From the UHGV virus genome UHGV-2132316: a stretch of 34,539 nt of DNA, one strand, 5' to 3'. The position numbers and the translations under genes are program-made. A model generated the notes under the pieces. The model was not told where the DNA came from. It did no database searches and saw only the letters and a list, made by a program, of their open reading frames with translations. The stretch is from a virus. Each line of letters starts with the position of its first letter. The stretch's first letter is position 1. Of this stretch, positions 26,812 through 34,539 are shown one piece after another.

Positions 26812-29199
26812 TTAGTTCCGCGAAAATGCCGCTTTCATCCTATTCACAAGATCGCTTGTTTTTTGCTTCGCCGCCATCACTTGCGACGGCAGCCTCTCCA
26901 GCCCCGACGCGGCCCGGTTGCGCGATACCAGCCGCCCGTCCTGCACGGTCATAACAAGATCGCCGCACGCCACTGACGCACCGGCCATCATCGATCTGAC
27001 CATTCCGGCGCTGGCATCAATCCCACGTAGCGCCAGCAGTTCACTGATCTGCTGCTCTTTCACGGATAACCCGTCCCCGTCTTTCCGTTCCGGTGGCCGT
27101 TTTTTACGCTTACTGCGCACATCGTCACTAAGCCGCTGCGCCAGTTCTCGCTTTTCCTGCCGGGAAAGCGCATCAAAATTCACCGTCACGCCCTCAGCTG
27201 GTGCAGTCATTTCTGACTGCCCTTTAGCTTCGCTGGCGGCATGTTCAACACCGTCAGCACCTGCCGCGGGATCCCGCGTACAGTTATTGACAGAACTCCG
27301 AGGGGCGGCGCTGCCGCCTGAAAAACCAACGTCAACGGCCACACCGTCAGCGCTCTGGCGCTTCGGCACGATTTTGTATTGAGTGGTGCGGGTGAAGATC
27401 AAAGAGTCATTGCCCGTGATCGGGCAGTAAATACCAGTGATTCGCTGGACGTTATCGCCGTAGGCGTTGCCATTTTCAGTGATTTCATAGTTCAGACGGA
27501 TGCGCAGTTTATCGCGCTCAACCAACGGGCCACCCTGGGCTAATACGTAGTTATCCCATTCACCACCGTTAGCAGCCTGCCGGGCGGTTTCCAGTTCAGG
27601 GTGTAACACCAGTTCGCGATCGCCCAAGCGGCGAAGTTCGCGATATACCGTGACCGGCGCACCGCCGATCTGCTGAAACTGGCGAATAGCCCAGCGCGAT
27701 GCCCACGCGCTAACACGGAGTGACATTTCTTTCAGGTCTTCCCCGGTTTCGTCGTCCTTCTCACCATCCAGCGCGAAGCCGTCGATATTCTTCGAAATGT
27801 ATTTCGCTATGTAGCCGGTTGCGCTGCCGTGGGCATCGTCGATCGGCACAACCTGAAAGCGGTTTTCCTGCGCTCCCGGTTCGTTGCCGTCTTCTTTCAG
27901 GGCATATTTACGGAAGATTTCGCGCGCCTGCTCGACGCATTCCGGGCGCATAAAAAGAAGTAAATGCCAGTGTGGCGTTGCATCGTGGTGCGGTTCGACC
28001 ACGCGGAAACCAAAGACGCGGATCCCTTTTCTCTTCCACGCTGCGCGGGTTCTCGCCCAGACTTTGCAAAGATATTGCTGCGTCTCGCGCGGCGACGCGC
28101 CACAGTATTTATTATTGCGGCGCCCGTTATGCTGCATGGAGTGGTAACGGGAAGGTGCTGTCAGCGTGTAGAAGTCACCGGCCAGCCCTTCCAGCTTCGC
28201 CAGATCTTCAAATCCGCGCATTCTCGTCATGAGTTCGCGGCGACGGTTGGCCGGATTGGCAACACTACCGGCGACTTTATCGATCAGTGAAATGCGCTCG
28301 CCCGTGTCCTGGTCTTCCAGCTCCATAGCCTTAAGGTATTCACGGTTAGCCTTTTTCTGGGCCAGCCATTCCGTAAGGCACGGGGCGCTACTGTATGGGG
28401 AAGATTTTTTCTGGACGTATCCCGCCGCGATCATCAAGTGCTCACGCCATCGGGCATGGATACGGCGCAGGCGGTTTAACCACCATTGCGGTGACTCAAG
28501 ACGGAGAACCGCGCGTAACGCGTCCTCCGCTTCAAGTTCTTCATTGCAATACGCTGTCCAACCTGGGATCGGCGTTTTTAGATGCACCGCCAGCGACGCA
28601 ATACGGCCATAGCCAGAAAGCGCCGCGAACTCAGGATCGCCGGTGCGCGCCAACTGGTAATCGGACTCGCGTATAAACTCGCTCGTAAAGATATCGGCAA
28701 GCGTATAAGCCAGTCTTTTTAACTCTTTTTTCCCTGCCCAAAGCATACGGAAAAGCTGATCGCGGATTGGCAGCAGAATGCCAGGCATCACAGTGTCAGG
28801 CTGGTAAACACTGTTCACGCTATCAATACGTGTTAATACGTGGCGCTCAAAGGTATTAACCAGCCAGTGATCTGCCGCTTTGCGGTCTTTCGCGTCCAGT
28901 GCATCCAGCTTCGCGGCAAAGTGGCGGCGGATATACTGCGGAAGGGAAGCCAGACGGCGACGCAGCAGCTTGCTGCGCTCCGACTTTTCGTCCTCCGCTA
29001 CCAGTTCACTGAACGCAATATGCTTGCGGGTGCCGTCCGGCGTGAGATAGTCGAAACCATCCAGCCCCGTCGCTACATCAACGCCAATCGGCTGGTATGG
29101 TTTGTTCCCGCCATAAGCGTAAGGGGTAGCATTATCAGTGCTACCCGAATACGGTGGAGGTGGAGAAGGGGCGCGACGGCCACGGGTTGCCGTAGTCAT
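26812..29199 (-). CDS. A: Replication initiation endonuclease gpA-like (rolling-circle Rep)
   Basis: 795 aa; YTLTAPSRYH and GYIAKYISKNIDG motifs characteristic of P2 A-type initiators. Confidence 0.9.
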   Translation of the reverse strand: MTTATRGRRAPSPPPPYSGSTDNATPYAYGGNKPYQPIGVDVATGLDGFDYLTPDGTRKHIAFSELVAEDEKSERSKLLRRRLASLPQYIRRHFAAKLDALDAKDRKAADHWLVNTFERHVLTRIDSVNSVYQPDTVMPGILLPIRDQLFRMLWAGKKELKRLAYTLADIFTSEFIRESDYQLARTGDPEFAALSGYGRIASLAVHLKTPIPGWTAYCNEELEAEDALRAVLRLESPQWWLNRLRRIHARWREHLMIAAGYVQKKSSPYSSAPCLTEWLAQKKANREYLKAMELEDQDTGERISLIDKVAGSVANPANRRRELMTRMRGFEDLAKLEGLAGDFYTLTAPSRYHSMQHNGRRNNKYCGASPRETQQYLCKVWARTRAAWKRKGIRVFGFRVVEPHHDATPHWHLLLFMRPECVEQAREIFRKYALKEDGNEPGAQENRFQVVPIDDAHGSATGYIAKYISKNIDGFALDGEKDDETGEDLKEMSLRVSAWASRWAIRQFQQIGGAPVTVYRELRRLGDRELVLHPELETARQAANGGEWDNYVLAQGGPLVERDKLRIRLNYEITENGNAYGDNVQRITGIYCPITGNDSLIFTRTTQYKIVPKRQSADGVAVDVGFSGGSAAPRSSVNNCTRDPAAGADGVEHAASEAKGQSEMTAPAEGVTVNFDALSRQEKRELAQRLSDDVRSKRKKRPPERKDGDGLSVKEQQISELLALRGIDASAGMVRSMMAGASVACGDLVMTVQDGRLVSRNRAASGLERLPSQVMAAKQKTSDLVNRMKAAFSRN

Positions 29200-30110
29200 T
29201 GCGCGATCTCCATGTAGGCTTTTAAGAAAGTAGCGGCTGCATAGATATTTACGGCGTTTCCGCTGGCGCGTAGTTTTCCCACTCTGGAGGGAACCCCATC
29301 AACCAGAGGCTTAAGGCCGGGTTTAACTGGCCTCCACTTTCCATCTCTGCAAAAGAGCCAGTCAGCAGATCCCCAGAATCCGTTAACCGGGCCGGGCCTG
29401 CTATCTGCGCTGTCACATCCAGCGTATCCGTTGACAGCTTCCCGTGCCGCATCCTTCCCCCCTGATACCCGCCCTTTCCATCCCTCGCCGTAGGGGTGGG
29501 CCAGCCCGCAAGACAAGCAAAGTCCTGTAAGTTCGACTGCCGACCAGCCAGCTTCTTGGCGATCACCTTCTCGGCATCCTGATAAGCGTTCTTCGTATTG
29601 CTCGCGGTTGGAGTCGGCCAGCCAGTAAGTACGCTCCCGGATGTGCGGCGCACCGACGCCCGCAGACGGAAACGCCGACGCCCCGAAGGCATAGCCCAAA
29701 CTTTCCATGTCTGTTTGTACAAGGTCGATCCAGACTTCTGCATCTTTGCTTGAAGACTGTTCGCCAAATATAACGACAGGGCGTTGCTGGCCTGCAAGCC
29801 AATGAACGGCGGGCCATAGGTGCCGCTCATCATCAAATTGTTTTCCTTCGCCTGCCTGGCTGAAAGGTTGGCATGGGCAACTTGCTGTCCATACTGGGCG
29901 GTCATCCGGCCATCCTGCAACGCGCAAAGCCCGGGGCCAGCCTCCAAAACCTGCAAACAGGTGGACTTGAGAGAATCCTTTAATGTCATTTGGGGTTACA
30001 TCCTCAACGGAACGAGTATCAACAACGCCGGAAGCGATAAGCCCGGCATCAATGAGGTTGCGCAGGTATTGCGCGGCGAAGGGGTCGATTTCGTTGTAGT
30101 AGGCGGTCAC
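29196..30110 (-). CDS. DNA cytosine-5 methyltransferase-like protein (compact, atypical)
   Basis: LFAGFGGWPRAL (motif I-like), CPCQPFSQAG (motif IV), LGY...GVGAPHIRERTYW (motif VII/VIII), SGNAVNIYAAATFL (motif X). Confidence 0.7.
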   Translation of the reverse strand: MTAYYNEIDPFAAQYLRNLIDAGLIASGVVDTRSVEDVTPNDIKGFSQVHLFAGFGGWPRALRVAGWPDDRPVWTASCPCQPFSQAGEGKQFDDERHLWPAVHWLAGQQRPVVIFGEQSSSKDAEVWIDLVQTDMESLGYAFGASAFPSAGVGAPHIRERTYWLADSNREQYEERLSGCREGDRQEAGWSAVELTGLCLSCGLAHPYGEGWKGRVSGGKDAAREAVNGYAGCDSADSRPGPVNGFWGSADWLFCRDGKWRPVKPGLKPLVDGVPSRVGKLRASGNAVNIYAAATFLKAYMEIAQ

Positions 30111-30427
30111 TGCTGCCCCTCCGCCTTTCGGCTACACCGATCGATTACTTGGTACTGAATTTCTAAACCCAGCTTTTCAGCAAGCGCGTGCTCTGCCTTA
30201 GCTCCCGCAGACTGCTGCCAGCCATCCAGCAAGAAGATCCCGTCAGCACAACGCAACATGGCGAAGCAAATATCCATGTATTCCGCCTGCTCTAATCCGT
30301 CCGGCAAAATCGCCGGATTAAGGGCAACGTTTCCGCGTCGCACTACGTGCCCAGCTGCACGGTTAAAAGCCTGCCGATTGAATCCAGGCAAACCGCTCAT
30401 CGGGCCAGCGATATAGATTTTTGCCAT
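30107..30427 (-). CDS. Hypothetical protein, DUF4406 / nucleoside 2-deoxyribosyltransferase-like
   Basis: 106 aa; MAKIYIAGPMSG N-terminus and GW..S.GA..E..LA..LG.. pattern; start and stop overlap neighbours. Confidence 0.5.
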   Translation of the reverse strand: MAKIYIAGPMSGLPGFNRQAFNRAAGHVVRRGNVALNPAILPDGLEQAEYMDICFAMLRCADGIFLLDGWQQSAGAKAEHALAEKLGLEIQYQVIDRCSRKAEGQQ

Positions 30428-31398
30428 TAAAAAGCCTCCAGATCGCCAAACGTGCCCGCCGCAACCATCGCGTTGTAAGTCGCATCACCCATCACGGCGC
30501 CACAATCAGGGCAACCGCCGCCGTAACGCCCGCAGCAGTCGCAGACAGGCAGCACGCCGATCACTTCTTTGGCCTTCTGTCGGTTGTTTTTGTCAGTGCT
30601 GACGGAACGTTGCACGCTGATTTTGTGCATCTTGAAGGGCTGATAAATCGCGCGGGTGGCTTCGGTGTCGCTGTTGGAAATGACGACCTTCACGCCATGC
30701 TTACGGTTAACTTCCAGCAGTGCCTGGACTAACTGGCGGTGGTTGTCTTCCGTGAATGGTTCGGTGTGGTATTGGGTAAAATCGGCTGTTTTGCTTTCAG
30801 GCAGGTAAGGCGGATCGCAGTAAACGAGAACATCGCCACCCGTGACGACCTGTAGAGAACGCTGGAACGGCGCGCACAGAAATATTGCCTTTGTATCGTT
30901 GGCCTTTTCGGCAAACAGGCGGATTTCATTTTCAGGAAAGTAGACGCTCTTATACTTGCCAAACGGCACGTTAAAGCCAGTCTTCCGGCTGTATCGGCAT
31001 AAGCCGTTATAACCGTGGCGATTCAGATACAGGAATTGAGCAGCGCGCATAATGCACGCCATTTCAGCGCCATAACGCAACCCACCGCTTTTGACCGTAC
31101 CCACCTGCTTATTGAACGCGGCGCGGACTTCGTTGTATCCCTGCGGGCTGTTCTTACTGTTGAACAGTTCACGGGCCGCATCGATCACTAAGTCCGGGTA
31201 ACGGGTGACTTCCCGATACAGGTTAATAAGATCCGGGTTGATATCAGCCAGCACATAGCGGCGGTATTCAGTCGCCAGAAATACCGATGCGCCGCCTACG
31301 AACGGTTCGATCAGGCAGTCGGCTTTAGGAAGATGCGGCAGCAGGTCAGGGAGGACACGGGTTTTTCCCCCTGCCCATTTGATGAACGGGCGGATCAT
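30427..31398 (-). CDS. Dam-like N6-adenine DNA methyltransferase with a Cys-rich C-terminal extension
   Basis: PFIKWAGGK and DPPY motifs; high similarity to remembered E. coli Dam; C-terminal CDCCGRYGGGCPDCG; start at ATG 31398, track ORF is longer. Confidence 0.9.
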   Translation of the reverse strand: MIRPFIKWAGGKTRVLPDLLPHLPKADCLIEPFVGGASVFLATEYRRYVLADINPDLINLYREVTRYPDLVIDAARELFNSKNSPQGYNEVRAAFNKQVGTVKSGGLRYGAEMACIMRAAQFLYLNRHGYNGLCRYSRKTGFNVPFGKYKSVYFPENEIRLFAEKANDTKAIFLCAPFQRSLQVVTGGDVLVYCDPPYLPESKTADFTQYHTEPFTEDNHRQLVQALLEVNRKHGVKVVISNSDTEATRAIYQPFKMHKISVQRSVSTDKNNRQKAKEVIGVLPVCDCCGRYGGGCPDCGAVMGDATYNAMVAAGTFGDLEAF

Positions 31399-31399
31399 T

Positions 31400-31612
31400 T
31401 TACAGGACTCCGTAATGGGAAGCTGGAATAGAAGGGCGCTGCAATTCTTCAATGCAGTGCTGGCGCAGATTGCTTATAAAATTGGTTGCTACAGACCCAC
31501 TGGCAGAAAGGGTTAACTCACCATCACGGCGGGTTTTAATGGTTAACCCTTCATTTTCGATAGCAGGTAAAAGAACATGCAAAATGAAACTATATTGTTC
31601 ACGTCTGGTCAT
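31400..31612 (-). CDS. Hypothetical early protein (70 aa)
   Basis: ATG with GGAGG RBS; tightly packed in the early operon; no recognisable motif. Confidence 0.5.
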   Translation of the reverse strand: MTRREQYSFILHVLLPAIENEGLTIKTRRDGELTLSASGSVATNFISNLRQHCIEELQRPSIPASHYGVL

Positions 31613-31698
31613 AATCTCTTCCTCCAAAAAAGAATGAGTTGAACCGCCGCCACTTAATAAAGGGGCGGAGAAAACAGAGTTGATTTTTTAAAACCGAA

Positions 31699-31929
31699 TT
31701 ACTTAATTAGCTTTTTAAATAACTCAGCCAGAGTAAGCAGGAAGCCTTTATTTATTCTTTGGGTATAAATAAAAGGTTTATTTTTACCTTTGATAAATTG
31801 AACCTTCGCCGGTTCGGGCTTAAAAAATCTTCCGTCCGGCGTTTCCAGCCAGCCGCGTGAGTTCTTGAAGTGTGTGACCTGGCACCCATGCTTAAGCAGG
31901 CTTGCCAGTGATGGGCCTTCATCGTGCAT
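31699..31929 (-). CDS. Hypothetical early protein (76 aa)
   Basis: ATG with AAGGGGG RBS; no recognisable motif. Confidence 0.5.
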   Translation of the reverse strand: MHDEGPSLASLLKHGCQVTHFKNSRGWLETPDGRFFKPEPAKVQFIKGKNKPFIYTQRINKGFLLTLAELFKKLIK

Positions 31930-32164
31930 TACTGCCCCCTTGCTTATACATCTGATCAACCGTGTGCATGGCTTCCGCTAAAGCAAAATCACGCCCGTAA
32001 TAATCGCCATTACTGGAAATACGATAAGAGTGTTTAAATGTAAAAGGATTACGCGGGCATTTCTGAATAGTGAAGCCACGATATAAATACGAGTGACGAC
32101 TTAACTGTATTAATTGCACAGCCACAAAAGCCCCCTCACATTCCCAATTTAAGTAATTCGCCAT
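31919..32164 (-). CDS. Hypothetical early protein (81 aa)
   Basis: ORF overlapping both neighbours, suggesting translational coupling; no clear RBS. Confidence 0.4.
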   Translation of the reverse strand: MANYLNWECEGAFVAVQLIQLSRHSYLYRGFTIQKCPRNPFTFKHSYRISSNGDYYGRDFALAEAMHTVDQMYKQGGSNAR

Positions 32165-32339
32165 CAACATGGCGGGCCACGTCTTTGGTGATTTTCTTAA
32201 TCAGCTTTTTATCCCTGACCATAAACTCGCCTCGATTGGTGCGAATCATGAAGCCCGTTTGCATATCTTTTAAATGGGTGTCCAGAATGTCGTTGCATTC
32301 ACGCACCCGGTTTTCGTGGTTGGCTGTTTTCTGGCTCAT
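32136..32339 (-). CDS. Hypothetical early protein (67 aa) directly after cox
   Basis: ATG with GAGGT RBS; the track ORF extension overlaps cox in another frame and is rejected. Confidence 0.5.
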   Translation of the reverse strand: MSQKTANHENRVRECNDILDTHLKDMQTGFMIRTNRGEFMVRDKKLIKKITKDVARHVDGELLKLGM

Positions 32340-32349
32340 CGCGTTAACC

Positions 32350-32631
32350 TCAAAGACCGATCCACAGCAACCAAGCATCGCGCTGTTCTTTCGGACGGTT
32401 GTAGTAGGCGTCTCGCATTGCGCGGTTGAACTCAGGGATATAGATCCAGTTCTCAGCGCGGGCGCCCAAGCTTTCCGGGTTCTTCCACGGGATGATCGGC
32501 AACTTACCGTCTTCAATCATGCTCTTAACCGTGGCGGGCTTCTTACCGATCAATTCGGCAAATTTTGGGTATGGAACCGCGTCAACAGCGTGACGCACTT
32601 CAATGAACCCCTCTAACTCTTTGTCTGTCAT
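32350..32631 (-). CDS. cox: Cox-like excisionase / early-promoter regulator
   Basis: 93 aa; ...F..LIGK......MI..GKLP.I......S.......W.Y.P.......AY..RPKE.RD.WL.W.GL pattern matching remembered P2 Cox. Confidence 0.8.
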   Translation of the reverse strand: MTDKELEGFIEVRHAVDAVPYPKFAELIGKKPATVKSMIEDGKLPIIPWKNPESLGARAENWIYIPEFNRAMRDAYYNRPKEQRDAWLLWIGL

Positions 32632-32726
32632 AGTGTTTTACCTCTCATTGAAGATAGGCCGGGATTTTTAGCCACGCCCGGCGCGTGGTATTCTGGTGTT
32701 TCCACACAACCAGAAAGGAGATTTTT

Positions 32727-32963
32727 ATGTCTCAGAAAGAAGTACCTATCTACATTCCTGCTGAACTTGAATACCTCGTTGCTAATGACTTGGCTTGCTT
32801 ACGCTTCCACTACCACTTAGCTACACCTACAAAACTGCCCGAAGCTGGTGAGCTGTTTACTGGTTTAACCGTTGAGCAAGCAAAAGACACCGTAACCTTC
32901 CTTCAGCAATACATTGCTAAAGCTGAACTTGCCGCCTCACTGTCCCCGAAGCGGAGCCACTAG
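32727..32963 (+). CDS. Hypothetical 78-aa protein inserted between cox and C
   Basis: ATG with a strong AGGAG RBS at 6-nt spacing; no recognisable motif; track ORF starts at an upstream GTG. Confidence 0.55.
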   Translation: MSQKEVPIYIPAELEYLVANDLACLRFHYHLATPTKLPEAGELFTGLTVEQAKDTVTFLQQYIAKAELAASLSPKRSH

Positions 32964-33135
32964 TTTTAACCGTCCCCGCATAACGTCCATTTGGGAAATA
33001 ACTACGGCGGAATTCAGCAAAATGGATTCCGTCACTTCTGTTGTCCTGCTCAAGTCTTCCACTCATTTGTGCTAATCTCCGCATTAGCGCTAGGCGCTTA
33101 TTTCGGCTTGTAACTGCTTATATTGGCGGTTGCTC

Positions 33136-33180
33136 ATGGTAGAGATTACCACCCTTAAGGAGAATGTTATGGTAGAGATC
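33136..33180. promoter_or_regulatory. Two 12-bp direct repeats ATGGTAGAGAT(T/C) 33 bp apart, the second containing the C start codon; candidate operator half-sites
   Basis: Exact repeat read directly; function inferred from P2-type repressors binding direct repeats. Confidence 0.4.
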
Positions 33181-33489
33181 CCTACCCCGTCAAGCGGCGT
33201 GGGTGAAAAAATCAGAGCTATCAGAGATGCAGAGGGGTTAACAAGGCAGCAATTCTTTGAATTAACTGGAATACCTGCTGGCACGCAGAAGTATTACGAG
33301 ACAGGAAGAGTGGAGAGCATTGGTAGCGATATCTTGCTTAAGATCACTCAGCATTCACGTTTCGCAAAATATACGCTCTGGCTAATGACTGATAAGACCG
33401 CCCCTCAAGCTGGTCAAATCGCACCGGCCCTCGCACACATTGGGCCAGAGTCAACTGGATCAGGCCGCTCAGAGACACAAACTGGCTAA
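33169..33489 (+). CDS. C: Immunity repressor C (P2 C-like, HTH)
   Basis: Start at ATG 33169 with AAGGAG RBS; ...KYTLWLMTDKTAPQAGQIAPALAHIG... closely resembles remembered P2 C. Confidence 0.85.
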   Translation: MVEIPTPSSGVGEKIRAIRDAEGLTRQQFFELTGIPAGTQKYYETGRVESIGSDILLKITQHSRFAKYTLWLMTDKTAPQAGQIAPALAHIGPESTGSGRSETQTG

Positions 33490-33558
33490 CCATCTATAAA
33501 CATTACATTTTCACTATCTATTACCAGGATGGGGAAATAAACGCCGGAGGGCTTTCTT

Positions 33559-34539
33559 ATGTCGATTAAGAAGCTCGAAGGTGGTCAATATGAAGTAGAC
33601 GTATGGCCGCGCGGACGTAACGGAAAACGTATCCGCAGGCGATTTGAGAAGAAACAAGAGGCGGTTCTTTTTGAGCGTTATGTATTAGCCAACGCCGACA
33701 AAAAAGAGTGGCTGGGCGCGAGCGTTGACCGTCGCACCTTAAGCGAGTTGTTAGATACCTGGTGGCTGCTGTACGGACAGACTCAGGAAAATGGCGAGAT
33801 TGAAAAGCGGCACCTGAATAAAACAATCAGGGCACTGGGCGATCCAGCCGTTAACCGACTGAACAAGCGAATGATTGCTCAGCACCGAGGCCAACGGCTG
33901 GAAGACGGTATCAGCGCTGCAACGATCAACCGGGATATTTACCGCTTATCCGGGATGTTCAGCACGTTGATAAAACTGGAAGAGTTCAGGAAGGAAAACC
34001 CCTGCAAGGGTCTAGAACCATTGAAAGAAGCGCCGCCAGCTATGACCTATCTAGCAAAATCAGAGATCAGCAGATTGCTGGATACTCTGACCGGCGACGA
34101 TCGACGTGTAGCACTGCTATGCCTCAGCACCGGCGCACGCTGGGGCGAAGGCAGCACGCTGCGAGGTGAGCAGGTTAATCACGGGCGCGTAACGTTCCTT
34201 AAGACCAAAAACGGAAAAAAGCGCACCGTTCCGATATCGGAAGAACTGGAGAAAGAGATCAAGACCAGCGACACCGGGCCACTGTTCAAAGTTGACTATG
34301 AAAACTTCTGCGAACGACTCAAACAGGTTAAGCCCGATTTACCACGTGGGCAGGCCACACACGTTCTTCGGCATACTTTCGCAAGCTGGTTCATGATGAA
34401 TGGAGGAAACATTATTGCGTTACAGCAAATTCTGGGGCACGCCAGCATACAACAGACGATGGTTTATGCTCACCTTGCCCCCGATTACCTGCAACACGCG
34501 GTAACGTTAAACCCTCTCGGCGGTGGGCTGGCGGTGTGA
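33559..34539 (+). CDS. int: Tyrosine integrase (P2 Int-like); stop codon is the last three bases of the window
   Basis: 326 aa; ...LCLSTGARWGEA..., HVLRHTFAS, ...MVYAHLAPDYL... motifs of P2-type integrases. Confidence 0.92.
   Translation: MSIKKLEGGQYEVDVWPRGRNGKRIRRRFEKKQEAVLFERYVLANADKKEWLGASVDRRTLSELLDTWWLLYGQTQENGEIEKRHLNKTIRALGDPAVNRLNKRMIAQHRGQRLEDGISAATINRDIYRLSGMFSTLIKLEEFRKENPCKGLEPLKEAPPAMTYLAKSEISRLLDTLTGDDRRVALLCLSTGARWGEGSTLRGEQVNHGRVTFLKTKNGKKRTVPISEELEKEIKTSDTGPLFKVDYENFCERLKQVKPDLPRGQATHVLRHTFASWFMMNGGNIIALQQILGHASIQQTMVYAHLAPDYLQHAVTLNPLGGGLAV

Larger units (their letters stand above)
1129..34539. mobile_element. P2-like prophage, near complete (ogr end to integrase); left boundary approximate, right end (attL) beyond the window
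   Basis: Full P2-type gene set present; host gene fieF to the left; integrase ends at the window edge. Confidence 0.9.

Noticed and set aside
29249-29989. 246-aa ORF in a second frame inside the C5-MTase-like gene
   Set aside because: Not annotated as a separate gene: it lies wholly within the 304-aa frame on the same strand in GC-rich DNA where all three frames are open; its MTase-like motifs are reported as a finding rather than a feature.
32136-32516. 126-aa ORF overlapping cox
   Set aside because: The N-terminal 59 codons overlap cox in another frame; the gene is taken from the internal ATG at 32339, which has an RBS.
33090-33284. 64-aa minus-strand ORF overlapping the C repressor start
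   Set aside because: Antisense to C and its promoter region; no RBS; more likely part of an untranslated leader if transcribed at all.
1-34539. CRISPR arrays, tRNA/rRNA genes, IS elements, reverse transcriptase or retron
   Set aside because: No short regularly spaced repeats with spacers, no tRNA-like cloverleaf candidates near the prophage end, and no transposase or RT motifs seen on either strand.

Overview
The window is almost entirely a P2-like (Peduovirus-type) temperate prophage, read in reverse relative to the canonical P2 map, inserted beside the host cation-efflux gene fieF (1..903, minus). From the fieF side the order is: junction hairpins, ogr, D, an FI-FII-E/E'-T-U tail block on the plus strand, a Gin/Pin-family invertase with a ~3.05 kb invertible tail-fibre segment, then H-I-J-W-V-S-R-spanins-endolysin-holin-X-L-M-N-O on the minus strand, divergent P and Q (terminase large subunit, portal), a ~0.5 kb non-coding cos region, a two-gene cargo cassette, replication gene A, a methyltransferase cluster, four small early ORFs, cox, an extra ORF, the C repressor and the integrase, which ends at the last base. 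The most interesting locus is the cargo cassette at 25013..26653: an ImmA/IrrE-like HEXXH peptidase protein plus a PIN-like protein sitting where P2 carries old/tin, which I propose as an uncharacterised candidate anti-phage or toxin-antitoxin-like module. Other points worth a second look are the invertible tail-fibre switch, the FI-U block lying on the opposite strand to the rest of the late genes (unlike P2), an extra ORF inside the C/cox immunity switch, and a compact C5-methyltransferase-like gene with anomalous frame structure. I found no rRNA, tRNA, CRISPR array, transposase or reverse transcriptase. Everything rests on reading the sequence and ORF track plus remembered family signatures; no database search was run, and P2 protein comparisons are from memory.
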